DNA of 64,000 bases from Clostridia bacterium (GCA_900769475.1 CAAGGQ010000110.1:1173-65172), one strand, 5' to 3'; positions 8,250 to 17,859 are shown, counted from the stretch's first letter. A program made the numbers and translations. The notes: a model not told the origin generated them from the letters alone.

Positions 8250-9500
8250 TTAAATACTTTGGGCGGTGGCCTCGCCCTCCAGCTCCACGGCTACCACGGT
8301 ATCGTCGGCATCGGGGCAGACCTCGGGCAGGAAGATATACAAGCGGTGCTCGTCACGGCCGGGCTCGTAGGATTGGGAATACTTGAGATCGCGGCCGTCG
8401 GCCATCAGCTTGACCGTGCGAACCTTAGTCTCCAGTCCCGTGAGCAGAATACGGTAGGGAAATTCGGGATATTTCTTGACATGGAAATACAGCGTTTTGC
8501 GAGTGGCGCTGTAGGTCAGATCACCCCAAGTCAAAAGATAGGGGAAGTTGGGAATATTGGTGGTTCCAAAGATGCTATCCCCATACTGCTCCAGCCACTC
8601 GCCGGCGCGATCCAGGGCATCGGTACAGACCTTGGGAGAACAGCCGTTTTCGTCGGGGCCCAGGTTGAGCAGCAGGTTTCCGCCCTTGCCCACGATGCGG
8701 ACCAGATTCTGCAACACGTCGGCCGAGGATTTGGAGCTTTTGTCCCGCTTGATGTAGCCCCAGGAGCTGTTCATAGTCATGGGAGATTCCCAAACATCGG
8801 CGCGGGAGAGGACGGGAATGGTGTTGTCCGCCACCTCACGGAAATCGCCAAGGCCATAGCCGATGCGTCCGTTGATAAGGCAATCGGGCTGACACTCGTG
8901 CACCACGTTGGCCAGCTCCCGGCAAAGATCCTTGGGCATATCGTAGGGGGTATCGAACCAGATCATGCCGATCTTACCATAGTTGGTGAGAAGCTCCTTG
9001 ACCTGGGGCACGCACTTGTTGTAGAAATAGCGCTTGAAATCCTTCTTGGATTTATCAAAATCCCAGGTGTTTCCGTTACCGTCGGGATCTTCCCAGTCCT
9101 GCATTTGGGAATAGTAGAGGCAGAAGGTGAGTCCCTCCTCGGCGCAGGCGTCGGCAAATTGCTTCACGATGTCCTTGCCGTAGGGGGTATTCATCACGTT
9201 GTAATCCGACACCTTGGTATCGTACATGGCAAAGCCGTCGTGATGCTTTGCGGTAAACGTTAAATACTTCATGCCCCACTTTTTGGCGTTGCGCACGTAG
9301 TAGTAGGGATCAAACTGCTGCGGATTGAACTCCTTGGCCAGCTCCTTGTATTCGGCAAAGGGGATCTGCATGTTCTTCATGATCCACTCACTGCCGTGGG
9401 GGGCGGGGTGCCCCTTCCATTCCCCGCCGGGAATAGCGTAGATTCCCCAGTGAATAAACAATCCGTATTTTGCTTCGCGGAACCAATCAAATTTACTCAT
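8250..9500 (-). CDS. alpha-L-fucosidase, GH29
   Basis: FDWFREAKYGLFIHWGIYAIPGGEW and TAKHHDGFAMYDT are classic GH29 motifs. The start at 9500 (MSKFDW) is preferred because of GAGG 8 nt upstream. The ORF could extend to 9527. Confidence 0.9.
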   Translation of the reverse strand: MSKFDWFREAKYGLFIHWGIYAIPGGEWKGHPAPHGSEWIMKNMQIPFAEYKELAKEFNPQQFDPYYYVRNAKKWGMKYLTFTAKHHDGFAMYDTKVSDYNVMNTPYGKDIVKQFADACAEEGLTFCLYYSQMQDWEDPDGNGNTWDFDKSKKDFKRYFYNKCVPQVKELLTNYGKIGMIWFDTPYDMPKDLCRELANVVHECQPDCLINGRIGYGLGDFREVADNTIPVLSRADVWESPMTMNSSWGYIKRDKSSKSSADVLQNLVRIVGKGGNLLLNLGPDENGCSPKVCTDALDRAGEWLEQYGDSIFGTTNIPNFPYLLTWGDLTYSATRKTLYFHVKKYPEFPYRILLTGLETKVRTVKLMADGRDLKYSQSYEPGRDEHRLYIFLPEVCPDADDTVVAVELEGEATAQSI

Positions 9501-9529
9501 AACCGTTACCTCTGTGTTTTCTGTCATCG

Positions 9530-10309
9530 TTATATTTTTTTCATTGCCTGGGTGGGAGAGGCTCCCATCATTTTCTTAAAGGCAATGCGAAAGGCGTTCT
9601 CGCTCTGGTAGCCGCACAGGGCCGCGGTTTCGGACACCGACTTCCCCTCCCGCAAGAAATTCAAGGCGTGCTCGATGCGGCATTGGGTAAGATAGAGATA
9701 GGGGGAGGTATCCAGATACCGCCCGAACAGGCGGATCAGATAGCGGGAATCAATGTGGAGCACCTTGGCAATGTCTTCGTTGCGAAGGCGCTCGGCGTAG
9801 TGCTCCTCAATGAAGCGGATGGCCCCCTCCAGCTTGGGGTTTTCCACCACGCGCACATTGTACTTTTGCTGGTAGTGCTTTACGATCAGCTCCAAAAGAG
9901 GCTGCACGGTATCCATTTCGGGATCCTTCCGATGAATGTCCTCCCGTCCCTTGGTGCGCAGGGTCTCTTGCACCAGCGCCTCCACGGCCTTGATCAGATA
10001 ATACAAATAGGGGTCCTTGGCAAACTCCACCTCCAGCACTTCCCGGGTGAGTAGAGGCGGAATGGTTTGAAAATCCAGATATAAATGGTAGTACCCGTAT
10101 CCGGGAAGCACCTCAAAGCTCTGGGAGCTGCTGTTGATCATAAAATAGACCGAGCCCTCGTCCAGTAGCTTTTCTCCACTCATATCGCTACAGATCATCT
10201 TTCCCTTGATGGGAACGTGGATCCGATTGGTGCGGTAGGGGGTGGTCTTCCAGGTTTCCACGGACGGGCCCTTCATACCCACGGCAGACGGACGAATTCG
10301 ACAGCGCAT
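9530..10309 (-). CDS. AraC-family transcriptional regulator
   Basis: The C-terminal double HTH (IAKVLHIDSRYLIRLFGRYLDTSPYLYLTQCRIEHALNFLREGKSVSETAALCGYQSENAFRIAFKKMMGASP) is AraC-type. The N-terminus is cupin-like. The start codon is uncertain. Confidence 0.85.
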   Translation of the reverse strand: MRCRIRPSAVGMKGPSVETWKTTPYRTNRIHVPIKGKMICSDMSGEKLLDEGSVYFMINSSSQSFEVLPGYGYYHLYLDFQTIPPLLTREVLEVEFAKDPYLYYLIKAVEALVQETLRTKGREDIHRKDPEMDTVQPLLELIVKHYQQKYNVRVVENPKLEGAIRFIEEHYAERLRNEDIAKVLHIDSRYLIRLFGRYLDTSPYLYLTQCRIEHALNFLREGKSVSETAALCGYQSENAFRIAFKKMMGASPTQAMKKI

Positions 10310-10327
10310 AGGAGTCCCCGCCCTTTC

Positions 10328-12319
10328 TTACCCTTGGTAATCCAGAACGACCATGGCGTGCAGATCCACTTTGGGCACCGTGAAACGAATCCCCTCCTCG
10401 GTCACCTCAAAGGCGATCGCCTCTCCCGTGGGAGCAAGATAGGCTCTTTGGATCTTCTTATCGGTGCGAAGCTCTACAGGAACGTGATAGAGGGGAACGA
10501 TGTCCTCGATGATCTCCAGCTTCTTTTCTCCCCGGGTATTGGTAGGGGCATAAACAAGGTGCAGCACCAAACGATTCTCGTTCTTCTGATCCATCAGGGT
10601 CATGGCTGCGCCGGAGGGCATAGTAACCTCGACGGATCTGCCCTTGCCGATGCAGGCGTTGATCACGGCCTCCATCATGCGTTTGGCAAAAATTTGCCCC
10701 ATCATGGCGTATTCCCGGAAGGGGAAGGCCACGTAGGCACCGTCCTTGCCCATGCAGGCACCGATTCCCGAGGTCTCGGGGCTCTCGGGGGCGTGCTGAT
10801 GGGAGCAGAAGTGGAAGCGGTTGCGCTCAAAGTAGGGATCGGCCATGGTAGCCAACACCTCGCCTCCGGCAAGCTCCACCTGCTCGGTGCGCTGATAGAG
10901 AACGTAGCCGGCCGTACCAATGTCCCCCAAATCCACCGTAGGTGTCATATAGGCGGGAGAAAGCTTCCGCTTCCCCTGATAGGTGGCTCCAAAATCAAAG
11001 GCGAAGGCGGGGGTGTCACTTCCCATAGTCAGGCCCGAGGTACCGGTGGCCATCAGCTTTCCGCCACCTGCCAGGTAGGCATCCAGCTTTTCCTTCAGCA
11101 CTTCGTCAATACCGATGGCATCGGGCAGGATCACCAGCTTGTAGGGGGTCAGATCCGATTCGTAATCCACAATATCAAAGAGGTAATGTCCCTCGGAAAG
11201 AATGCGACGGGCACCGATATCGGTGTGCTTGCGATTGGCATCCGCCAGCATGCACTCGGGATGCTTGGTGAGCCAGGCATCGTAGGAGAAGAGAGCAATA
11301 TCCGAGATCGAACGAACCCCCTCCAGCCAAGGCTCCTTGGCCTCCACCTCGGCATAAGCCTTGCCGATCATGCGATAGGTCTCGGGATCCATTTTCCCTC
11401 TGGGATGGAGCTGGTCGCCAATGGAGCATTTGGCACCGTGGGCCACCGTGAGGGCCATTTCATAGCGGAGCGCGTTTGCATGCTTGTAGCCGCCAAACTC
11501 GCCCCAGGTACCGTGGAATTTTCCCGTCATTCCCAGGTAGCTCTGCCCGGTGGGCTGAACGTATCTGGCAATGGTGGGTAGGTTATCGTAGCCCCAGCCC
11601 CCCGTGGGAAGGGATTCGATCTCGATATGAGAGTTGCGCGCCATGAGATCGCGACGGCCGCGCGGCGTTCTGCCCGCATTATGGAAGATGGGCAGTCCGG
11701 GCTTGATGGATTCCACCACTGCCTTAACGGCCTCGGTATAATTTGCATAGGTGCGCTCGGCAAGCTCGCTGTTGTAAGCGGGATCGAACAGATCCTTCCC
11801 CTCCGCCTTGGCCACCCGCGCACAGTTGCGGCAGTAGCAGGTGCGAGGGCCAACGATGTCCAGGAACAGTCCGTCGATATCGTAGTTGGTCACGGTCTCC
11901 CGAATCTGCTCCAGGAGCACCTGCAGATAGGGAGAGTTCATGCAGAACAGATGCCAACCGGCCTCCGAAAAGCCCTTATTGTGGTAGGTCTGCTCGTTCT
12001 CCCGACGGGTGATCCACTCGGGATGCTCGTCGGCCAGCTTTTCATCGTAGCCCGCGGAGATGTAGCCAACGGCGTTGACTCCGATCTCGTGAGCCGCCTC
12101 GATCTGGGCGCCAAAGAGATCAAAATCCAGATGGGGGTGCATAATATTGGCCTTGGTGGGATGGTATGCCCAGCCGTGATGGCACTTGGAAAACACGGTA
12201 ATAGAATCCACGTGGCCTTCCTTCAGCATAGCTTGGAACTGTTCCTTGGAAAAGTCCGCTCCAATGCCGGGAATGTGCTCACTGGTGTGAAAATCAAGAT
12301 GTACCTGACGAAAACGCAT
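10328..12319 (-). CDS. putative glycoside hydrolase (GHL6 / beta-galactosidase-trimerisation-domain-like)
   Basis: N-terminal MRFRQVHLDFHTSEHIPGIG...CHHGWAYHPT resembles the hypothetical glycosyl hydrolase 6 TIM barrel. Strong RBS AGGAGG before the MRFRQ start at 12319. Co-directional with AraC and GH29. Confidence 0.55.
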   Translation of the reverse strand: MRFRQVHLDFHTSEHIPGIGADFSKEQFQAMLKEGHVDSITVFSKCHHGWAYHPTKANIMHPHLDFDLFGAQIEAAHEIGVNAVGYISAGYDEKLADEHPEWITRRENEQTYHNKGFSEAGWHLFCMNSPYLQVLLEQIRETVTNYDIDGLFLDIVGPRTCYCRNCARVAKAEGKDLFDPAYNSELAERTYANYTEAVKAVVESIKPGLPIFHNAGRTPRGRRDLMARNSHIEIESLPTGGWGYDNLPTIARYVQPTGQSYLGMTGKFHGTWGEFGGYKHANALRYEMALTVAHGAKCSIGDQLHPRGKMDPETYRMIGKAYAEVEAKEPWLEGVRSISDIALFSYDAWLTKHPECMLADANRKHTDIGARRILSEGHYLFDIVDYESDLTPYKLVILPDAIGIDEVLKEKLDAYLAGGGKLMATGTSGLTMGSDTPAFAFDFGATYQGKRKLSPAYMTPTVDLGDIGTAGYVLYQRTEQVELAGGEVLATMADPYFERNRFHFCSHQHAPESPETSGIGACMGKDGAYVAFPFREYAMMGQIFAKRMMEAVINACIGKGRSVEVTMPSGAAMTLMDQKNENRLVLHLVYAPTNTRGEKKLEIIEDIVPLYHVPVELRTDKKIQRAYLAPTGEAIAFEVTEEGIRFTVPKVDLHAMVVLDYQG

Positions 12320-12463
12320 AAAAGCCTCCTTCAATCCTGCTCCCTTTCCGAAAGGGCGTATTTCTTTACTTCTATTTTACCATAAAGAAACCGATAATTC
12401 TACAGAGAAAGGTATCAAAAAACTTAAAAATAGTAACCTGTTTGAAACAAAAAGCCGTACAGA

Positions 12464-13597
12464 TCAGGAAAGCGCCTTGCGGGCGATCTCCTCCCCGGCA
12501 CGCTCCAGAAGCGCGTCGGCGTTGGCCATGCAGTAGGCTCCACGCTCTTCGACAGGGACCTCCTCTGCCAAATCGGTCAGAGCCACCACCGAGGCGATCC
12601 CGTGCTCCAGCAGAGCCTCCCAGCCCTCACCGAGGCATCCGGAAGCCACGTAGACCGGGATCTTTTGCGCCCGCGCGTGCTCGGCTACGCCGCTGATGGC
12701 TTTGCCGTAGCAGGACTGTGCGTCCACTCTTCCCTCCCCCGTGATCACAAAGGAAACGCCCTCCAACAGCTGGTCAAAGTGGTAGGACTCCAGCACCGAT
12801 TCGATGCCCGAGCGAATACGAACGTGGCAAAAGGCCAGCAGAGGGGTGATCAGACCGCCCCCAGCGCCACAGCCGGGTTGGGTGGCCACCTTCTTGCCGC
12901 AGGCCGCTTCCAGGCAGGCGGCGTATTGGGTCATGCCGGCCTCCAGGACCTCTCGTAGAGCCGCGTCGGCCCCCTTTTGCGCGCCGTAGACCATGGTGGC
13001 CCCCAGTTCTCCCAACAGAGGGTTGGTCACGTCGCTGGCCACGGTAAAGGTGCACTCCGAAAGACGGGGATCCAGTCCCGAGGCATCCACCCGCGCCACC
13101 TTTCCAAGGCAGGCACCGCCTCCCTCCAGAGGGTTGCCGCTCTCATCCAGTAGACGGCCGCCCAGGGCACAGAACATGCCGCTGCCGCCATCGTTGGTTC
13201 CGCTGCCGCCCACCGTAAGAAGGATCTCACGGCAGCCCGCGTCCAGAGCGTGGAGGATCAATTCGCCCACCCCGTAGGTGGACGCAAGGAGGGGATCCCG
13301 CTCCTCGACGGGAACCAGCGTCAGTCCCGCCGCGCGAGCCATTTCGATCACGGCCGTGCCGTTGCGAATCCCGAATTCCGCCTCTACGGGGGCGCCGTTG
13401 GTGCCGCGCACGGTCACGCGACGCATCTCCTCGGGCGTTACCAAGGTATCCAGCGTTCCCTCGCCACCGTCGGCAATGGGAAGGCAAAGACATTCCGTAC
13501 CGGGAGCCACGCGCTCCACGCCCCGCGCCAGGGCCCGCGCCGCCAGCTGCGCCGAAAGACTCCCCTTGTAGGAATCGGGGGCAATGATGATTTTCAT
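12464..13597 (-). CDS. glxK: glycerate kinase
   Basis: MKIIIAPDSYKGSLSA N-terminus, LPIADGGEGT and ITGEGRVDAQSCYGKA motifs of the GlxK/GarK family. RBS AGGAGGAG before the ATG at 13597. Confidence 0.9.
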   Translation of the reverse strand: MKIIIAPDSYKGSLSAQLAARALARGVERVAPGTECLCLPIADGGEGTLDTLVTPEEMRRVTVRGTNGAPVEAEFGIRNGTAVIEMARAAGLTLVPVEERDPLLASTYGVGELILHALDAGCREILLTVGGSGTNDGGSGMFCALGGRLLDESGNPLEGGGACLGKVARVDASGLDPRLSECTFTVASDVTNPLLGELGATMVYGAQKGADAALREVLEAGMTQYAACLEAACGKKVATQPGCGAGGGLITPLLAFCHVRIRSGIESVLESYHFDQLLEGVSFVITGEGRVDAQSCYGKAISGVAEHARAQKIPVYVASGCLGEGWEALLEHGIASVVALTDLAEEVPVEERGAYCMANADALLERAGEEIARKALS

Positions 13598-13733
13598 AGG
13601 TTCTCCTCCTGGTTTTTTCATCTTTGCTTCATTGTATCACGGAAACCCCGTTCTGTCAAGAAAATAGGAAGGTTTTTCATGGGAAAAGAACAAAAAACAT
13701 TCCTTATTGTATGAAAAAAGCGGCGCCTCCCCC

Positions 13734-13762
13734 TTGACAATCCCCCGGGGCTGTGGTATAAT
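13734..13762 (+). promoter_or_regulatory. consensus extended -10 promoter (TTGACA-17-TGgTATAAT)
   Basis: TTGACA at 13734-13739 and TATAAT at 13757-13762 preceded by TGG. Confidence 0.7.
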
Positions 13763-13766
13763 ACCG

Positions 13767-13787
13767 ATTTGAGAATGATTCTCAAAT
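13767..13787. promoter_or_regulatory. perfect 10-1-10 palindrome ATTTGAGAAT-G-ATTCTCAAAT; Fur-family (7-1-7 type) operator
   Basis: The core TGAGAAT-G-ATTCTCA has the 7-1-7 architecture of Firmicute Fur/PerR/Zur boxes. It lies immediately downstream of the -10 and 19 nt before the Fur-family gene. Confidence 0.7.
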
Positions 13788-13805
13788 TAAAGCAAAGGAA
13801 CCAAT

Positions 13806-14231
13806 ATGACAAACCGTAAAAACTACAACACCGAGGGGCGTTCCACTCTGCTTCGCTTTCTCTCGGAGCATCCCGACCGCCAATTCAGCGCCGACGAGCT
13901 CTGCTTGGCTCTCAATCACGATCCCCAAAAGGGGAAAAGCAGCATCTACCGCCGCCTGACCCTGCTTTGCCGGGAGAATGCGGTGCGCAAATTTCAAACC
14001 GACGCGGGGCACAGCGTCTTTCAATACGTGGGACAGGGCTGTGACTGTGACCGTCACTTTCACGAAAAGTGCCTGTCCTGCGGCAAGATCGAGCATCTGG
14101 ACTGCCACGCCTCGGCCGAATTCTTCCAGCATTTGTTAAAGGAGCACGGCTTTGAGGTGCATTGCGGACAGTCGATCCTCTACGGCCTTTGCGCCGCCTG
14201 CCGCAAAAAGGAGGATGCCTCCCATGCTTAA
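13806..14231 (+). CDS. Fur-family metalloregulator
   Basis: 141 aa with a winged-helix N-terminus (STLLRFLSEHPDRQFSADELC...SSIYRRL). Has HFHEKCLSCGK and CAAC CxxC pairs. Confidence 0.85.
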   Translation: MTNRKNYNTEGRSTLLRFLSEHPDRQFSADELCLALNHDPQKGKSSIYRRLTLLCRENAVRKFQTDAGHSVFQYVGQGCDCDRHFHEKCLSCGKIEHLDCHASAEFFQHLLKEHGFEVHCGQSILYGLCAACRKKEDASHA

Positions 14232-15147
14232 CGTATTCTTTCTTCATGCCCACGCCGAGGAAGGCAACCCCTGGCTCTCGGTGGGGGTGGACGCTCTGCT
14301 GGATACCTTGAAGCTGCTTCCCTTCCTCTTTCTTTCCTATCTTTTGATGGAGTACCTGGAGCACCGTTCGGGGGATGCCACCCAAAATTGGCTGCGCCGC
14401 GCGGGCAGGATCGGCCCCCTGCTGGGCGGAGGCCTTGGAGTGCTTCCCCAATGCGGCTTTTCCACCGCCGCCTCGGGCCTTTACACCGGGCGCATGATCA
14501 CCACGGGAACCCTCCTGGCGGTCTACCTCTCCACCTCGGACGAGATGCTCCCCATTCTGATCTCCGAGGGCGCTGCGCCCCTGCGGATCCTCAAGCTCCT
14601 TGCCACCAAGCTGGTGATCGGCGTTGCCGCCGGCTTTTTGGTAGACCTGGCAGCCACCCTCCTGCGCCGTTGCCGCGCCCAGACGCCACCCGAGCCCAAA
14701 ATCGAGGAGCTTTGTGAGCGAGAAGGCTGCCGATGCGGCGAGAGCTTCTTCCTCTCGGCCCTCCGTCACACCCTCCACGTATCCCTCTTTTTGTTGCTGT
14801 TCAATCTGGTACTGGGCGCCGGAATCCTCCTCATTGGCGAGGAGCACCTGGGGGAGATCATTCTGAACCGTCCCATTTTGAGCAACCTCCTCTCGGCGGT
14901 GGTGGGTCTGATCCCCAACTGCGCCTCCTCGGTGCTTCTGACCAAGCTCCACCTGGACGGCGTGCTGAGCGTGGGAGCCATGCTCTCGGGACTTCTGGTC
15001 AACGCCGGCGTAGGTCTGGCCCTCCTCTTTCGCAACAACCGCCCTCTGAAGGACTCCTTCCGCATCCTGCTCCTGCTCTTTTCCATTGGTCTGCTCTGCG
15101 GCATTTTGATCGACATCACCCCGTTGGCGGGATGGCTGGCACAGTAA
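14224..15147 (+). CDS. polytopic membrane permease, ArsP_2 / putative manganese-transporter-like
   Basis: ATG at 14224 overlaps the Fur-family stop (ATGCTTAA). Multi-TM protein containing the GVLPQCGFS motif I associate with that family. Confidence 0.6.
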   Translation: MLNVFFLHAHAEEGNPWLSVGVDALLDTLKLLPFLFLSYLLMEYLEHRSGDATQNWLRRAGRIGPLLGGGLGVLPQCGFSTAASGLYTGRMITTGTLLAVYLSTSDEMLPILISEGAAPLRILKLLATKLVIGVAAGFLVDLAATLLRRCRAQTPPEPKIEELCEREGCRCGESFFLSALRHTLHVSLFLLLFNLVLGAGILLIGEEHLGEIILNRPILSNLLSAVVGLIPNCASSVLLTKLHLDGVLSVGAMLSGLLVNAGVGLALLFRNNRPLKDSFRILLLLFSIGLLCGILIDITPLAGWLAQ

Positions 15148-15165
15148 GGGAACCTTCACAGACGT

Positions 15166-15210
15166 AAAAAAAGAGAACCGTTTACACCGAAACGGTTCTC
15201 TTTCTCTTTT
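15166..15210. terminator. bidirectional rho-independent terminator
   Basis: AAAAAAGAGAACCGTTT-acaccg-AAACGGTTCTCTTTCTCTTTT, located between convergent genes. Confidence 0.8.
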
Positions 15211-15211
15211 C

Positions 15212-15502
15212 TTACTTCAGCGCCATTTCCAGCCAAACGAGGCCGATGCTGAAGGCGTCGTGCAGGCCCTTTTTCATGCCCTGCTTAATGATCTTGGTGG
15301 GATCCTTGGAATCGATGACCTGGATCAAAACATCTCCCGGCAACTGCTTGCCGTCCACCTCCTTATAAGACATGATCTCTAAAATGAGAATGCACTTTTC
15401 ATTCAAATCACCGTAGCAAATGGTGTTTTCCTCACGTACCAACGGCTTATCCAAGTATTCCAAAAACTTGCCTTCCACCATGGGTCTGGTATCCTGTGCC
15501 AT
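15212..15502 (-). CDS. hypothetical protein (96 aa)
   Basis: RBS GAAGGAGGA. It has its own consensus promoter on the minus strand (TTGACA 15591-15586, TATAAT 15568-15563). No family recognised. Confidence 0.6.
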   Translation of the reverse strand: MAQDTRPMVEGKFLEYLDKPLVREENTICYGDLNEKCILILEIMSYKEVDGKQLPGDVLIQVIDSKDPTKIIKQGMKKGLHDAFSIGLVWLEMALK

Positions 15503-15607
15503 ACCGTTTTTTCCTCCTTCTTTCTGTTATCGTCAGCCCGTAGGCATAATGCTCTAACGTATATTATACTATATTTTTCCGCGCTTGTCAATAATTATTT
15601 TCGTTTT

Positions 15608-16804
15608 TCAGGATTCTTCCCCTCGGATTGTAGGATTTTGCCTCCAGAGCGCATCCCCGGGATGGATCCGCGGCATGCAAAGGGCGTACAGTCCGTACGC
15701 TCGCTCCTCCCACGCGGCTTGACGGGCGGCCTCGGGAGTGAAGGGCAGATCGGCACGGCGGGTGACCACGGGGATCTCCCCCTCCCTGCGACACCGGGAC
15801 AGAAAGCTCCTCCCCCGCGGCCCCAGAGCCAGCAGGCGGACGTACGCCGGGCGAGTGTGCAAATCCTCTCGCGCGGTTCCCGTCAGAGCGAACAGAATGC
15901 CGCGCCGCAGGCGAGAACGGGGATACTTCTTGGTCTCGGCCAAGGAGAGCAGGATCTCCAGAGAATCAGCGCGGTGGGCAGCCTCTACCAGGCGGTTGCC
16001 CAGCCCTCCCGAAAGCTCGGCGATTCCCTCGGCCGCCGAGGGGGAAAGGGTACGCAGATGTCCCAAAATCAGCCGCTCGGCCATGGAAAGGGTGGCGGGA
16101 GCTCGTCCCTGAGCAACGCAAGGGGTCAGCACCGCCTCGGCACCTGCCGGGAAATACCGAAGCACGGCCTCCAGCCCCTCCTCCAGCCAACAGCGCCGCA
16201 GGGCGGTGGCCGACGGAAAGCCCTGCGCCTCCAGTGCCTCGGCGCGGTAATCGCTTCCCTGCCGCTTCACGGTCACGGGGCGCATCCCGGCACCTTGATC
16301 CTTCAGAGCACGCAGATAGGAAATGGCCAAAATATCGTTGGAACGGCAGGGCGCCTCATCGCCGCAGATCTCTTGCAGACAGGAAAAGAAAGCCTTGGCG
16401 GTTCCCTCGTTCCCTGCGGCGGTCTTGGCGTAACGCTCCCGAAAGGCAGGAGAATCCACGGCCTCGGCCAGGAAACGCAGGCGCGGAAGATCGCCGCACT
16501 CCGATCCAAACCAAAGCTCGGTAACCCCCAGACGTTCCAGGATCGATACCCCCGCGGCGGCAAAGAACTCGGCTCCCGCGGCGGCATAGGGAAAGGGCAA
16601 CTCCAAAACCACATCGGCGCCCCCCAGCAGCAGGATCTCGGCCCGCGCCATGGGATCGGCAATGGCGGCGTCCCCCCGTTGCACAAAGCAGCCGCTCATG
16701 AGCGCTACCACCACGTCGGCCCCCGCGCTCCTGGCACAGGAGATCAGATATTCGTGCCCCCCGTGGAAGGGATTGCATTCGCAGATGATTCCGGCAATCT
16801 TCAT
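15608..16804 (-). CDS. tmcAL: tRNA(Met) cytidine acetate ligase (YlbM/UPF0348 family)
   Basis: N-terminus MKIAGIICECNPFHGGHEYLI carries the HxGH nucleotidyltransferase motif. Length is about 400 aa. RBS AAAGGAG. Confidence 0.8.
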   Translation of the reverse strand: MKIAGIICECNPFHGGHEYLISCARSAGADVVVALMSGCFVQRGDAAIADPMARAEILLLGGADVVLELPFPYAAAGAEFFAAAGVSILERLGVTELWFGSECGDLPRLRFLAEAVDSPAFRERYAKTAAGNEGTAKAFFSCLQEICGDEAPCRSNDILAISYLRALKDQGAGMRPVTVKRQGSDYRAEALEAQGFPSATALRRCWLEEGLEAVLRYFPAGAEAVLTPCVAQGRAPATLSMAERLILGHLRTLSPSAAEGIAELSGGLGNRLVEAAHRADSLEILLSLAETKKYPRSRLRRGILFALTGTAREDLHTRPAYVRLLALGPRGRSFLSRCRREGEIPVVTRRADLPFTPEAARQAAWEERAYGLYALCMPRIHPGDALWRQNPTIRGEES

Positions 16805-16914
16805 AAACGGCTCCTTTCGGTTTTTCTTACCTTCATTATATCACCTTTGGAGCGCCTTGTCAATCAAAAATCCCCTTTTGAAAAATAGTTTGGAGAGAAA
16901 ATGTAAAAAAACTA

Positions 16915-16943
16915 TTGACAAAAGAAGGGAAAAGGGTTATAAT
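16915..16943 (+). promoter_or_regulatory. consensus promoter (TTGACA-17-TATAAT) for yceD-rpmF
   Basis: TTGACA at 16915-16920 and TATAAT at 16938-16943. Confidence 0.7.
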
Positions 16944-16989
16944 AGATACTGTCGCATTTTATGTCAACCAAAAACCGGAGGTGGATACA

Positions 16990-17511
16990 ATGATCTTGGA
17001 TATGCGCCCCATGCTGCGAGGCGAGGTAGACCACATCCACATTGATTATCTGCTCACTCCTGATCTTCCGGATGGCGCGGAATTTGACGGTGACGCGCAC
17101 GTGATCGGAGATATTGTGGACGAGGCCGGCTATATGCGCCTGACCTTGACCGCATCGGTCACCTATCACGCCGAGTGCGCCCGCTGCTTGGAGCCCGTTA
17201 GCGGAGACTTTGCCGTTCAGCTGGAACGCACGGTCGCTGCGGAGGGCACCCTGACGGAGGAACAACTGGAGGAAAACGTGGACGAGTACGCCGTAATCCA
17301 TGACGGCACGCTCGACTTGGACGAGGAGATCCGCGAGGAGTTGATCCTCTCCTTCCCCATGCGTATCCTTTGCCGAGAGGATTGCCCCGGTCTGTGCCCC
17401 AAATGCGGAAAACCCAAGAGCCTTGGCGATTGCGGTTGCCCCACCTGGGAGCCCGATCCGCGGCTTGCCGTACTGAAACAGTTGCTTGACAAAAATGAGG
17501 AAGAGAAGTAA
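16990..17511 (+). CDS. yceD: YceD/DUF177 family protein
   Basis: C-terminal CREDCPGLCPKCGKPKSLGDCGC zinc-ribbon motif and the conserved position upstream of rpmF. ATG at 16990 follows GGAGGTGG. Confidence 0.85.
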   Translation: MILDMRPMLRGEVDHIHIDYLLTPDLPDGAEFDGDAHVIGDIVDEAGYMRLTLTASVTYHAECARCLEPVSGDFAVQLERTVAAEGTLTEEQLEENVDEYAVIHDGTLDLDEEIREELILSFPMRILCREDCPGLCPKCGKPKSLGDCGCPTWEPDPRLAVLKQLLDKNEEEK

Positions 17512-17554
17512 ATTATGACGTGAAATAGAGATTCACGCAAGAGGAGGTGTAGAC

Positions 17555-17749
17555 ATGGCAGTACCAAAGAAAAAAGTATCGAAAGCACGCAGAGACAAGA
17601 GACGCTCCAACAACAGCAAGCTCTCCATGCCCGGCATGAACAAGTGCTCTAACCCTGCATGTGATGCATTCGTAAAGAACCACTGCGTATGCAAAGTTTG
17701 CGGTTTCTATAACGGCAAAAAGGTTCTGGACGTTAAGGCTGACGCTTAA
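17555..17749 (+). CDS. rpmF: 50S ribosomal protein L32
   Basis: MAVPKKKVSKARRDKRRS... N-terminus and CxxC...CxxC zinc ribbon. Confidence 0.95.
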   Translation: MAVPKKKVSKARRDKRRSNNSKLSMPGMNKCSNPACDAFVKNHCVCKVCGFYNGKKVLDVKADA

Positions 17750-17793
17750 TTGTCATCACAAACGCTTTCTGAATGGGGAGATCCCCGCGGAAA

Positions 17794-17836
17794 AGAGAGT
17801 CGCGAATCCAACGATTCGCGACTCTCTTTTTCTTTT
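17794..17836. terminator. rho-independent terminator (bidirectional)
   Basis: AGAGAGTCGCGAATC-caac-GATTCGCGACTCTCT followed by TTTTCTTTTT, with an A-run on the other side. Confidence 0.85.
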
Positions 17837-17859
17837 TCACGCAACAGGCCACCTCGGCC

